Below are positions 35,901-45,114 of a stretch of DNA of 64,000 nucleotides, piece by piece. Numbering within the stretch: position 1 is the first letter of the stretch; every line of letters begins with the position of its first letter. The position numbers and the translations under genes were made by a program. The stretch comes from Candidatus Bathyarchaeota archaeon (GTDB lineage: Archaea > Thermoproteota > Bathyarchaeia > Bathyarchaeales > Bathycorpusculaceae), in assembly GCA_963772455.1 (NCBI GenBank), contig CAVYXJ010000005.1, positions 64,001-128,000 on the forward strand. The letters are read 5' to 3'. Below the pieces are notes generated by a model, which made no database searches, was not told the origin of the DNA, and was given only the letters and a program-made list of their open reading frames with translations.

Positions 35901-38600
35901 AAGTGATTCCAAATCTTTTCCTTGTTGTTCCCAATTATCTATGGAAGCCTGAAGCTCCAAACCCAAATTCTTAATCATTGGAGATGGACTTGAAGAATTA
36001 GTTATAATTTTGAGAAGAGCTTCAGGGATTTGAGTTGCCCATGACAACTTCTTAATTTCGTCCGCTACTGCAATGGCTTTTTCTGCACCTTGAAAGTCTG
36101 TTCTAGTTTTATGGTAATAATGACCCAATAAAGAACGTACTTTTTCTGCGGAATCCTCAATTTTTGAACGAAGCTTTTTGACTTTGCGAGCGTCAATTAG
36201 ATCCTGCAGTATTGCTTTAGGGACCTTACCGTCGTTTGTTAATCGAGCAATTTGCTTTTGGTCGTTTCGGAAGTTTGAATTAAAGATTTTCAAACCACTC
36301 TGATAATCTCCACTGTACCTCTCTATGAGTCCATCTAAGTCTAATTCATAGATGCCGTCAGCATAGGTTTCGTCCAATCTGCTTTTCAGCTGGTTGTGTT
36401 CTTGATAGAGTAACTTTGATTTGGACACTATCTCTTTGACTTCTTCAAAGTATTTAGCATCGAACCATTCTGGCTCTGGCTTGTCTTCAGCAAAACTCAA
36501 CATTGCTAAACGCGAGAGTTGTTTTAATTGAGCAATTTTGAGGTCAGTCCCATCTAATCCCAAGAGTTGGGAAAGCGCTTGGGAAATATCATGCCACTTC
36601 TGACAAATTAATTCGGTACTTCTGAGATAAGCTAAGAGTTTTTCTCGTTTCGCTAATAATTCACCTTCTTCCAAGTTCACTCCAGGAAGAAACTGGGTTA
36701 AAGATAAAACTGCCATCTGAAGTTCTATAGACCGGTTTAAGACCAAAGTGAAAAGAGTTTGCTGGTAACGTTCCATTAGGTTAGCTCGGGTGTTCTTTAT
36801 CCAAATACAGATGTCACGATAGGCTTGAGCTTCGCTTTGGAGTTTGTCTAAACTCTGATTAGTTAACCAGTGTGCTTCAGGTTTTGGGCTCTCAAACAAG
36901 AGTTTGCTCACATCAATCAACCATTGAATTCGAGCAAAACTTTCTGGTGGAAAAATACCTAGTCGAGCTGAGAAATCTTCAGTTTCCAATACCAAACCAT
37001 TCAAAATTTCAGATATTCCCTCAAGAGTTGTGAGTAGTTCAGAACGGATTTCAAGATTGTATTTGTCCGCTCGGTATCCAACCCAGGGAAAATCTGGTTC
37101 CTCAACTACTTGCCAAACCTTGCTCAATTGTGAAACCAATTCTTCAAGTTCACGCATTTTCTGCGGAGTTAACGTTCCAAGTTCAGTTAAGCCAACAGGG
37201 ACAAAAGGAACACGCTCCAAACTTGAAATCATACTTAATACTTCATAAGCACTTCGCTGCAAGAACGGTCGCTTCTCATGCAAAGCGGCAACGTAGCCGT
37301 TTAATGCTCCACGATATTCCGTCATCCGCTCAAACTCATGAGCTGAAGGGATTTTGCGTGGAATAAGAGTTTCATCAAGACTACGCTTTAGCTCCGCCAC
37401 TACCTGTTGCTTGTTAGCTTTACTACTGTGAAGTTCAAGACAGAAATGTGACAAACCAACTTCACTTAACCGTTTGTAAACAACTTCTAACGCTGCCATT
37501 TTATCGCTGACAAAGAGCACACTTTTTCCATTAGCGATACATTCCGCAATCATGTTCGCAATTGTTTGGCTCTTGCCAGTGCCCGGCGGACCTTTCATTA
37601 CAAAACTTTGACCTTGAAGCGCATATTCTATTGAAACTCTTTGACTACTGTCAGCGTCAAGGACTTGATAGGTTTTGGCAGGAACTTCAATTTTGTCGAC
37701 GTCTTTCTCGTCTGGCAAACCGGTTAGGATTAGGTTTTCTTCTTTTATGCCCGCGATTGCTCTGATTATTGGGTGTTGGGTAACTAAGGCTGCGTTAGAT
37801 TCCAAATCTTTGTAAATAACCAGTTTCTGAAAAGAAAAAAGTCCTAAATCAACCGATGGCTCAGTTTTCCAGCCCATTTCAGAAACAGTTTGTTCAACTA
37901 GATTGAAATAGTCAACTAATTTTTGTTCTTCCCACTCTTCGGGCAATGGGGGTAATTCAATTTTATAATCATTTTTAAGTTTAGCCTGCAACGCAGGGTT
38001 TAATACTGCTTCATCCTCAACGGGTGGAACAGCTATGTTATAAGGTTGGCGAATTGTTTCTCTTGTTAATTCCAAAGGTACTAGAATTAATGGGGATTGG
38101 ACTTTTTCTTTTGTTTCTATATCAACCCAATTCAATGTACCAAAAGCTGCGTGAAGAATGCGTACACCTCGCTCCATATAATCTAGAAGGGAACGACTTT
38201 GTAGATTTTTGAGGCTGCGTTCAAGATCCATTCGGTTCTGATTGCCAACTACCAGTTGATTTGCTGTTGGACGTTTTTGTAACTCAAAGGTGAGGTTTGC
38301 TTCAACTGACGGGTCTGATGTTTTAGTCTCAATTCTCCCTTCTTTTAACTTACCTTTCTTATTTGCTTTCGTTTTTTCGATTGTCTCTGTATTGGTTTCC
38401 TGAGGCTGCCAGAATTCTAATCGCTTTTTCTTCACAACAAGAGTTTCAAATATCCTTTGCAAGTCAGGTTGAGTGATGGACAGATTTCCACGTTTGGATT
38501 TATGAAAATAAAGCAAATTATTCCTTTTTGAAAGGTCAATTAACCTTGATTTCCAATCTTCAACGCGTTTCATTGGCGATGAAGGAGCAGTTTCAGTCAT
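32931..38600 (-). CDS. DUF4011 - SF1 helicase - Vsr-like nuclease - DUF3320 protein (Hhe-like defence protein)
   Basis: WKSRLIDLSKRNNLL (DUF4011), GPPGTGKSQT, FDEASQ, GDNKQLPP, HYRS, ENVQGDERD, RRLNVAVTRAR, then GYRIDMGV..GVECDG..RDRDRLR..LGWRIHRIWS and a C-terminal EGPVH winged-helix-like region. Confidence 0.9.
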   Translation of the reverse strand: MTETAPSSPMKRVEDWKSRLIDLSKRNNLLYFHKSKRGNLSITQPDLQRIFETLVVKKKRLEFWQPQETNTETIEKTKANKKGKLKEGRIETKTSDPSVEANLTFELQKRPTANQLVVGNQNRMDLERSLKNLQSRSLLDYMERGVRILHAAFGTLNWVDIETKEKVQSPLILVPLELTRETIRQPYNIAVPPVEDEAVLNPALQAKLKNDYKIELPPLPEEWEEQKLVDYFNLVEQTVSEMGWKTEPSVDLGLFSFQKLVIYKDLESNAALVTQHPIIRAIAGIKEENLILTGLPDEKDVDKIEVPAKTYQVLDADSSQRVSIEYALQGQSFVMKGPPGTGKSQTIANMIAECIANGKSVLFVSDKMAALEVVYKRLSEVGLSHFCLELHSSKANKQQVVAELKRSLDETLIPRKIPSAHEFERMTEYRGALNGYVAALHEKRPFLQRSAYEVLSMISSLERVPFVPVGLTELGTLTPQKMRELEELVSQLSKVWQVVEEPDFPWVGYRADKYNLEIRSELLTTLEGISEILNGLVLETEDFSARLGIFPPESFARIQWLIDVSKLLFESPKPEAHWLTNQSLDKLQSEAQAYRDICIWIKNTRANLMERYQQTLFTLVLNRSIELQMAVLSLTQFLPGVNLEEGELLAKREKLLAYLRSTELICQKWHDISQALSQLLGLDGTDLKIAQLKQLSRLAMLSFAEDKPEPEWFDAKYFEEVKEIVSKSKLLYQEHNQLKSRLDETYADGIYELDLDGLIERYSGDYQSGLKIFNSNFRNDQKQIARLTNDGKVPKAILQDLIDARKVKKLRSKIEDSAEKVRSLLGHYYHKTRTDFQGAEKAIAVADEIKKLSWATQIPEALLKIITNSSSPSPMIKNLGLELQASIDNWEQQGKDLESLIPSKMPKSDVSISQTPITIVKEWASETEKQLNPLNNLTSQTLTTCKREPQTYKMLLDDLKNAEEIRKKEAQIIGEKIQLQEKFGSRFQELQTNWQGIVDVLEWSKNVQTLFADIPVPQAFADIAARGPTAAPSNTELIQRKDSSLKVLADFEKRFEKEIKYQNQLLRDLDIKVIIERVQSLRERVDDVQVWIDFKDAKNRFSLRSLDLFFNHLIEQKISAADLGSVFRKSVYQEWINSLYNEDQTLGRFRRENHEQLIDDFRKLDQDLIYLTSSMVIEAANSRKPKDILIQAADTEANILLKEAAKKRRLMPIRTLMQKIPNLLVKLKPCLLMSPISVSQFMPPDTKFDLVLFDEASQLVPEDAIGAIYRGKTLVVAGDNKQLPPTSFFQKNLIDNVDWDELSDDDVEVFDSILDECLGIGLPVKTLRWHYRSKHEDLIAFSNHRFYDDTMITFPAAVNQTDNLGVKLFYVQDGIYDRGGQRNNQKEAERVADLVFEHFKNFPKKTLGVVTFSIAQMDAVAEAIDSRLKEEPAFEPFFKEDRLEGFFVKNLENVQGDERDVIFFSVGYGFDQQGQMAMNFGPLNKPGGERRLNVAVTRAREKVVLITSIRSSDIDKDAKALGLQTLRGYLDYAEHGPEPLSNKAKEGTFDSALDEDVAAEIKKMGYQVVPEVGCSGYRIDMGVVDPVNEGCFLLGVECDGITYKSSSSARDRDRLRDQVLRKLGWRIHRIWSPAWVARRDSEIRRLKETLEQAQKNQIDNDAQKPIIDIKENSVPKTDIQKNTFAGIEKIGISYKVYPLKATYNPYIKLVTAKATIDSKQRNEFHFPENRENQTKLLSDLIQNEGPVHFDYAVERLATAWGIKQVTPKIAHAVKESLNNLIREQKVVIKGSFLWPIGLKVTSIRVPMQGVPESKRRPEYIAPEEVESAMILIAQYSLGISDDSLIAETGKVFGINHLGEPAKSVFSEVLKRLVRERKLIRKDDGVITAT

Positions 38601-38732
38601 CTAAGGCACATCCATTCACGAGATACAAGATAGCACTATTGTATGTATGGTTCTTTAATACTTACGGTAATTTAGAAAGCACTTAAGAAATCAGTTATAA
38701 TAATTTAACACATTAAAAGAGTCAGTTGATAC

Positions 38733-39347
38733 TTATGTCTGCTTAATTGCATCCAAAATTACCTGTTTAACTCCTTCAAGACCTATTTCTCGTGTCTCCA
38801 ACACCCCAACATTAAGACCACACTTTTCTAAATCTTCACGCATCTTACCTGCATCACCACATGTATTCAGAAGCACAAATCCTTTGATACCGCTGAACAT
38901 GTTTAAGAAAGCTGCTTCATCAACACCTTCCTTAAGCATCTGTTCCTTTGCATGCTTGAAGAATCCAATCATACCAGGACCCATAAACATCAGGTTATGC
39001 TCGGGATCAGCTTCAAAAAATTTTCCTTTACCGCCCAACTGACAGTCGATACAATTTACTGCATCCACTTTTACAATTCCATATTCTTGGGCTAATTTTT
39101 TCATCTCATTATCTTGCCCTAAACAAAGGTCACCATAAACGAGCACAACTTTCCCTTTGAATCTTTTTAGAGTTTGCTCTAAAACTTTGCGAAGATTGTG
39201 CTCTAAGGCTGCATAATCGATGTGAAAGAATTTACTAACATAAACAACCTCAGCATCTAAGCCCTTTTGTTTGATAATTTGCTGGATTTCTTCTTTTAAC
39301 ACGCTACAGGAAACCAAGCAAACTTCTTTCACTTTTTTGTTTACCAT
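38733..39347 (-). CDS. DUF1638-family protein
   Basis: SCSVLKEEI, VLVYGDLC and NCIDCQLGG patterns. Confidence 0.7.
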   Translation of the reverse strand: MVNKKVKEVCLVSCSVLKEEIQQIIKQKGLDAEVVYVSKFFHIDYAALEHNLRKVLEQTLKRFKGKVVLVYGDLCLGQDNEMKKLAQEYGIVKVDAVNCIDCQLGGKGKFFEADPEHNLMFMGPGMIGFFKHAKEQMLKEGVDEAAFLNMFSGIKGFVLLNTCGDAGKMREDLEKCGLNVGVLETREIGLEGVKQVILDAIKQT

Positions 39348-39388
39348 TTTTCTTGCTCCTTTTCTAAATTCTCAAAAATATTTGAAAA

Positions 39389-39787
39389 TCAAGGCTTAAA
39401 GCAATAACGTGGCCACTGTGGCCATTGTTGAGGGGAGCTACATGTTCCAAAATCCAACGTTAACGCCATGCCAATTTTCAACTGTTCCTGATTTATTTCC
39501 TGTATCATCCCAGGAATTTTCAGACCATTGTCCAGCTCAACAATGCCCACCGCATACGGAACTAATGTTTGGAATTGTTCTGGAGCAATGTGGATTATTG
39601 TGTAAGTAAGCAATTTACCTCTACCAGAGATGCTAACCCACTCAAACTCTTGCGAAAGGCAATTGTCACACAAAGGTCTTGGAGGCAAATGGAGCTTTCC
39701 ACATTTTAAGCATTTTCCAGCCATTAACTTCTGTTGCCCTAAAAACTTATAGAACTGTTCAATAGTAAATGGTTCATTTGTGCTCAT
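39389..39787 (-). CDS. DUF35/ChsH2-like Zn-ribbon + OB-fold thiolase partner
   Basis: KCLKCG..PPRPLCDNC, G.LLTYTII and PYAVGIVEL; coupled to the thiolase gene. Confidence 0.9.
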   Translation of the reverse strand: MSTNEPFTIEQFYKFLGQQKLMAGKCLKCGKLHLPPRPLCDNCLSQEFEWVSISGRGKLLTYTIIHIAPEQFQTLVPYAVGIVELDNGLKIPGMIQEINQEQLKIGMALTLDFGTCSSPQQWPQWPRYCFKP

Positions 39788-40962
39788 TATTGAATGCCCC
39801 GGTAAATATGAACCACAGAAGTAGCTCCTGAACCACCAATGTTGTGAGTTAAGCCTATTTTCGCATCTTTTACTTGACGTTTACCTGCTTGTCCAGTAAG
39901 CTGAAGATACATTTCGTAAACTTGAGCAGTGCCTGTCGCGCCAACTGGGTGACCTTTGGCTTTTAATCCTCCACTTGTATTAACTGGGATTCTGCCTCCC
40001 AATCGTGTTTGTCCACTTTCGATTAGTTTACCACTCTCACCTATCTTGCAGAACCCAAGATCTTCATACGCCATGAGTTCAGCGAAAGTGAAGCAGTCGT
40101 GAACTTCAGCTAAATCAATATCATCAGGTTTGAGTTGCGCCATATCATAGGCAGTTTTCGCTGCTAACTTCGTAGCATTTAACGAGGTTAGACTTTTGCG
40201 TTCATACAAACCAATAGTATCACTGGCTTGTGCACTACCAACAATATGAACAGGTTGATCAGTATATTGATCGGCGAGTTCTGGTTTGGTTAAAATTATG
40301 CAACTTGCGCCGTCAGTTATCAGCGAGCAATCGTAGAGTTTTAAGGGCCAAGCCACATAACGTGAAGTCATAGCCATTTGAAGAGTTATTTCTTTTTGCA
40401 GGTGAGCTTTAGGATTCAGGCTTCCATGATAGTGGTTCTTAACTGCTACTAAAGACATGTGCTCTTCAGTAGTTCCATAATCATGCATATGTGCAGTTGC
40501 CATTAAAGCAAATAATCCTGGAAACGTTATTCCGTGAAACTGCTCAAAGGGGTAATCAGAAGCCATAGCCAAATACTCAGTAACCTCAGAAGTAGTACGA
40601 TGCGTCATCTTTTCTACGCCTCCAACTACAACCACATCTGTTAAACCAGATAAAACAGCGTAAATTCCAGACCTTAATGCAGCTCCTGAAGAAGCACACG
40701 CAGCTTCTGTGCGCGTTGCCGGAATACCAGATAATCCTGCCCAATCCGCAATAGTGCTACCCGTGTGTCCTTGATGTTCATAAGCTTCGCCCATATGACC
40801 TATAAACATGGCTTTGATGTCTTTTTTTGGATCCAGTTTGGGGCAACGGCTAAACGCTTCAAATGCGGCTTCACTAAAGAGTTCTCTTGTCAGTAAACCT
40901 TCACGTTTACCGAATTTTGACATACCAGCACTGATTATGCTTACGAGCGGTTTCCCATTCAA
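39787..40962 (-). CDS. acetyl-CoA acetyltransferase (archaeal thiolase)
   Basis: EAACASS, VKNH, CSLITDGA, EVHDCF, GHPVGATG and HNIGG motifs. Confidence 0.93.
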   Translation of the reverse strand: MNGKPLVSIISAGMSKFGKREGLLTRELFSEAAFEAFSRCPKLDPKKDIKAMFIGHMGEAYEHQGHTGSTIADWAGLSGIPATRTEAACASSGAALRSGIYAVLSGLTDVVVVGGVEKMTHRTTSEVTEYLAMASDYPFEQFHGITFPGLFALMATAHMHDYGTTEEHMSLVAVKNHYHGSLNPKAHLQKEITLQMAMTSRYVAWPLKLYDCSLITDGASCIILTKPELADQYTDQPVHIVGSAQASDTIGLYERKSLTSLNATKLAAKTAYDMAQLKPDDIDLAEVHDCFTFAELMAYEDLGFCKIGESGKLIESGQTRLGGRIPVNTSGGLKAKGHPVGATGTAQVYEMYLQLTGQAGKRQVKDAKIGLTHNIGGSGATSVVHIYRGIQ

Positions 40963-41097
40963 AACTAATGGACCTCTTATTGTCTATATATCGATGGCAA
41001 GCAACAATAAAAACTATTACAGAACAAAGTCACTTAGAAATCTCCAAATATTACATTAAAACATTTTTTCTTCAAAAAAAGATAGGCATCACTGAAA

Positions 41098-42069
41098 TTA
41101 AAGACCAAAGACATAGATCCTAAAAATTAAAACAGGCACCACCACAATTAACCCAAACAGGACTGAAGTCACCGTCATAACTTGCAGAGCCTTGGAAATT
41201 TGCTCAGCTGAAATTCCGTGATCATCACCCAATTTATAACAACCTTGTTTTTCAAGTTGGATATTCAACGCTCCAGCCATGGCGGATATAGTATAGCCAG
41301 CATTCGGACTGGCAGTTTTATGTTTGTCACGTTGCAATATACGGAAGGATTCCCGCGAATCTTCCCGCAAAATAAACGCAGCAGCAACCATCAAATAGGC
41401 TGTCACGCGAGCCGGAATGTAATTTGTTATTGTATCCATTTTTGCTGAGAACCAACCAATGTTCTTGAATTCAGCGTTCTTATAGCCAACCATTGAATCC
41501 AAAGTGTTAATCACGCGGTATGCAAAAGCGCCTGGAACCCCGAAGAGCGCATAAAAGAAGAACGGGGCAGTTATACCATCGGTTGTGCTTTCAGCAATTG
41601 ATTCGACAGCTGCAGAAATAATCTGTCGTTCATTGAGACTGTTGGGGTCGCGTCTGACAATATAGGGCAACCATTTTCGTGCTTCAGTTAAATCGTTTTG
41701 TTTGAGTGCTTTCGCAATGGGTTTAGTATATTGTCCCATGCCTCTTATGGCGAAAGTTGCTTTGAAGAGGATTGCACCAACTATTATATAGAATATTTCA
41801 CCGTAGGGTAACGTTCTTAGCCAAAAAAGTAACAGAAATATTGGAAGAGCAACAACCAACATGATTGCTAGCGCCATTAAGACACCATTTGCTTTTTCAA
41901 CGCTGGGATTTGGGTTTTTTACTTTTCTTTTGAGATACAAAATCATTTTGCCTATCCCAATGGTTGGATGAATCCTATCAGGATACTCCCCTAAGACCAA
42001 GTCAATCATAAACGCTAATATGAAAATCAAGATAGAATCAACAAACAACGAAAAATCAAGTGTAAACAT
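41098..42069 (-). CDS. cbiB: adenosylcobinamide-phosphate synthase
   Basis: GEYPDRIHP, ESIAESTTDG, YRVINTLDSMVGYK and SPNAG motifs. Confidence 0.93.
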   Translation of the reverse strand: MFTLDFSLFVDSILIFILAFMIDLVLGEYPDRIHPTIGIGKMILYLKRKVKNPNPSVEKANGVLMALAIMLVVALPIFLLLFWLRTLPYGEIFYIIVGAILFKATFAIRGMGQYTKPIAKALKQNDLTEARKWLPYIVRRDPNSLNERQIISAAVESIAESTTDGITAPFFFYALFGVPGAFAYRVINTLDSMVGYKNAEFKNIGWFSAKMDTITNYIPARVTAYLMVAAAFILREDSRESFRILQRDKHKTASPNAGYTISAMAGALNIQLEKQGCYKLGDDHGISAEQISKALQVMTVTSVLFGLIVVVPVLIFRIYVFGL

Positions 42070-42079
42070 AAGTCTCGAC

Positions 42080-43213
42080 TCAAACTGCCTTTACTGCCAG
42101 TTTAAGAGATGCAATCAACTGTTCATTTTCAGCGTGTGTTTTAACGGCGATTCGAACATAAAACTCATCAAGACCCCTAAACGAGGTGCAATCACGAATC
42201 AAAATCCCCTTCTGCAACAGTTTACTTTTCAGTTCTGAAGCAGTTAAGCCTGACTTGTAAATATTGATGAAGAAAAAGTTAGCATCTGGACGAGAAAATT
42301 TTAACGAATCAAATTTACTTAACTCAGAATTTAACCAGTCTTTTTCTTTATTAATGAGCTCACGCGTCACTCGAAGATGTTCTTCATCCTTTAAAGCAGC
42401 AACAGCAGCAGCCTGCGCTAAACAATTTACATTCCAAGGAATCTTTGAGCAAGAAAGAACATTTATCATTTCTTCATTGGCAATGCCGTAACCAACTCGA
42501 AGCCCAGTTAAACCAAAAATCTTTGTAAAAGAGCGCAAGATAAAGAGGTTAGGGTAGTTGCTAATTTTGTTAATCATAGTGAGAACTTTTTCGTTTTCAA
42601 CAAATTCCAAAAAATCTTCATCTAAAAAAACCAAGATATCTTGCTCAAGAGCCAACTCAATTATTCTTGTAAGGGTTTCTTTGGGAATAAGCATGCTAGT
42701 TGGGTTGTTTGGGTTGCATAAAAAAATTATTTTAGCGCCAGTCATTTCAGTCTTGAAAGAGCCTGCATGAACATTAAGACCCTTGCCCAACTTGAGGAAC
42801 TTGGGTATTTCACCAGTTTTACGAACAGCACTTTCATACTCACCAAAAGTTGGTGCTGGAATCAAAGCTATTTCCCCTTTTTTAAGGAAGCTTTCAGCAA
42901 ACAAGTACATGAGTTCAGTTGAACCGTTCCCTATGACGACATTATTCTTATTAATGCTTCCAAAGTGACTAGAAATGACTTGTCTTAGTTCATTAGAGTT
43001 TGAATCAGGATATGCTGCAATTTGGCTGAAGGCTTTTTTTGCAGCCTCAAGAGCCTTTTTTGATGGACCTAACGGATTTACGCTTGAACTAAAATCTAAA
43101 ATCTCATGGGGCTTAAGCCCACTTTCCTCTGAAGCACTTAAAACTTCTGCGCCGTGAACGCACGGCTTGAGATTTTTAACGTTGTCCCTAACTATGCTCT
43201 CTATAGGCTTCAT
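42080..43213 (-). CDS. cobD: threonine-phosphate decarboxylase (class I/II PLP enzyme)
   Basis: DFSSSVNPLG, CNPNNPT, RSFTKIFGLTGLRVGY and IRDC motifs; adjacent to cbiB. Confidence 0.8.
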   Translation of the reverse strand: MKPIESIVRDNVKNLKPCVHGAEVLSASEESGLKPHEILDFSSSVNPLGPSKKALEAAKKAFSQIAAYPDSNSNELRQVISSHFGSINKNNVVIGNGSTELMYLFAESFLKKGEIALIPAPTFGEYESAVRKTGEIPKFLKLGKGLNVHAGSFKTEMTGAKIIFLCNPNNPTSMLIPKETLTRIIELALEQDILVFLDEDFLEFVENEKVLTMINKISNYPNLFILRSFTKIFGLTGLRVGYGIANEEMINVLSCSKIPWNVNCLAQAAAVAALKDEEHLRVTRELINKEKDWLNSELSKFDSLKFSRPDANFFFINIYKSGLTASELKSKLLQKGILIRDCTSFRGLDEFYVRIAVKTHAENEQLIASLKLAVKAV

Positions 43214-43379
43214 TGTTTTTCTATTCCTTCAGCATAACGCTAAATACTCAGGTTTCTTTTTAACGTAAATCATATAAATGTTTGGTTGGATGTTCCATCC
43301 AAAACAACTTTTGAGTAAAAGGGTTTTTGAGAAAGCAAAACAATGATATTAATTAAAAGTTAGAACATGGATGATTTTT

Positions 43380-43577
43380 ATGAGAGATAAAACAGATGAA
43401 CACATGATTGAGGAACTGAACCAGACAATCCAGAAAAAAGACCCCAAAGAGCCTATCGAAAAAACCCTAGTCACTTTTTGTTCAAAAACCGGTATTTCGA
43501 TGGAGAGTTGCCGACTCTATTACAAGCAATTAGAGAAAAGGGGTAAGGTTAAGGAAAAAAATAGCTATAAGTTATAA
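43380..43577 (+). CDS. small hypothetical protein
   Basis: ORF upstream of dph5 on the same strand; ATG at 43380 or 43371. Confidence 0.55.
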   Translation: MRDKTDEHMIEELNQTIQKKDPKEPIEKTLVTFCSKTGISMESCRLYYKQLEKRGKVKEKNSYKL

Positions 43578-43605
43578 TCTCTTTTAAAATTGCAAGGTTT
43601 CAAAA

Positions 43606-44403
43606 TTGAACGAACTTGTCTTCATAGGTTTAGGATTAAACGATGAGAAAGGCATAACAATTAAAGGACTTGAAGAAACAAAGACTGCAGACCAAGTATT
43701 CATGGAACTCTACACAAATCTCATGCATGACTTTAAACTACAAAGGTTTGAAGCATTATGTGGAAAAAAAGTCCAGATTGTATCAAGAAAGATGCTTGAA
43801 GAGGAAAACGGCAAAGTAATCCTTGAAGCAGCCAAAGTGGGTAAAGCAGTATTTCTTGTTCCAGGTGACCCTTTCATTGCAACAACCCACGTTACATTGC
43901 GTATTGACGCTGAAAAACGGGGAATAAAAACAAGGATAATCCATGGAACATCCATAATGTCTGCAATCATCAGCTTATCAGGCTTGCACAACTATAAGTT
44001 CGGAAAAACCGTAACCGTGCCCTTTCCCGATAACTTTTCTGAAACACCCTACAATGTTATCGCTCAAAATAAAAAAGTCGGCTTGCATACGCTTTGCCTT
44101 TTGGATTTGAAGGCGAATGAAAACCTTTTTCTCTCTATTAATCAAGCCATCAAAATGTTACGAGAGGTTGAGGAAAAAAAGAAGTTTGGAGTAGTCACTT
44201 CGGACACTGTTGCTATTGGAATTGCAAGGGCAGGAGGGGATAAACCAACCCTGAAGGCAGATTTTGTCAAGGATTTGGAGAATTTTGATTTTGGTCAACC
44301 ACCTTACAGCCTGATTTTTCCAGGTGAGTTGCATTTTATGGAGGTTGATTCGTTAATTGCTTTTGCGGGTGCCCCCGTTAATTTTAGGAGTCTTGTTAAG
44401 TGA
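43606..44403 (+). CDS. dph5: diphthine synthase
   Basis: FIGLGL, ELYT, GDPFIATTH, YKFGKTVT and HTLCLLD motifs. Confidence 0.95.
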   Translation: MNELVFIGLGLNDEKGITIKGLEETKTADQVFMELYTNLMHDFKLQRFEALCGKKVQIVSRKMLEEENGKVILEAAKVGKAVFLVPGDPFIATTHVTLRIDAEKRGIKTRIIHGTSIMSAIISLSGLHNYKFGKTVTVPFPDNFSETPYNVIAQNKKVGLHTLCLLDLKANENLFLSINQAIKMLREVEEKKKFGVVTSDTVAIGIARAGGDKPTLKADFVKDLENFDFGQPPYSLIFPGELHFMEVDSLIAFAGAPVNFRSLVK

Positions 44404-44684
44404 GTTTAGAAGAATTAACTTTTAAGTACATTTCAATGGCTGAAAAAGTCTTTAATGAACTAACCCGAACTCAAACACCCATCAGCTTAACTGAAGAAGC
44501 CGTAGCCGCTGTTCTTCGTTATGCTTTTGATTATCTTGAAGATGCAAAGTATTATAAAGCTCAGGGCAAGCTTGAAACCTGCTTAACCTCAGTAGCTTAT
44601 TGTGAAGGGCTACTTGATGCCTTAAGATTAATTGGCGCTGTGAACTTTGAATGGCCGTCAAATCAAAAAGAAAAATTGTCATAG
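44400..44684 (+). CDS. DUF357 family protein
   Basis: YLEDAKYY...VAYCEGLLDALR; its usual position is after dph5. Confidence 0.85.
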   Translation: MSLEELTFKYISMAEKVFNELTRTQTPISLTEEAVAAVLRYAFDYLEDAKYYKAQGKLETCLTSVAYCEGLLDALRLIGAVNFEWPSNQKEKLS

Positions 44685-45109
44685 CATCGGGCGTTTTTGA
44701 TCTACTACATCTTGGTCACGTAAGGTTTCTTGAGGAAGCCAAAAGGGCAGGCGGCAAAAATGCTAAACTGATAGTTATTATCGCCAGAGACGGAACTGTT
44801 GAAAAAACTAAGGGCAGAAAACCTATAATGTCAGAAGACCAGCGCTGTGCCCTTGTTGAGTCGCTTAAAGTTGTCGATGAAGCAGTCCTCGGTTATGAAG
44901 ACCTTGATATTGGTGAGGTCATTGAAAAAATCAAGCCAAATGTAATCGCATTGGGATATGACCAAGCAGATATGGAAAGAGGAGTCAAATCTTACCTAGC
45001 TAATCACAAAGTTCCTGTTAAAGTCGTAAGGATTGACAAGTTCGCGGAGAATACTTTAGATAGTTCATCCAAGATTAAACAGAAAATAATTGATAAACTC
45101 TCCAAGTAA
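44651..45109 (+). CDS. ribL: FAD synthase (archaeal cytidylyltransferase family)
   Basis: GVFDLLHLGH, IARD, LGYDQ and SSSKIK motifs. Confidence 0.88.
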   Translation: MAVKSKRKIVIASGVFDLLHLGHVRFLEEAKRAGGKNAKLIVIIARDGTVEKTKGRKPIMSEDQRCALVESLKVVDEAVLGYEDLDIGEVIEKIKPNVIALGYDQADMERGVKSYLANHKVPVKVVRIDKFAENTLDSSSKIKQKIIDKLSK

Positions 45110-45114
45110 CAGGT

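Noticed and set aside
40987-40996. tatatatcgat resembling a ModE half-site before the thiolase gene
   Set aside because: No matching second half-site and no molybdenum-related target.
43286-43302. ttggatg-ttc-catccaa palindrome upstream of cobD-cbiB as a cobalamin riboswitch
   Set aside because: The spacer is too short and lacks B12-box motifs; at most an unassigned operator.
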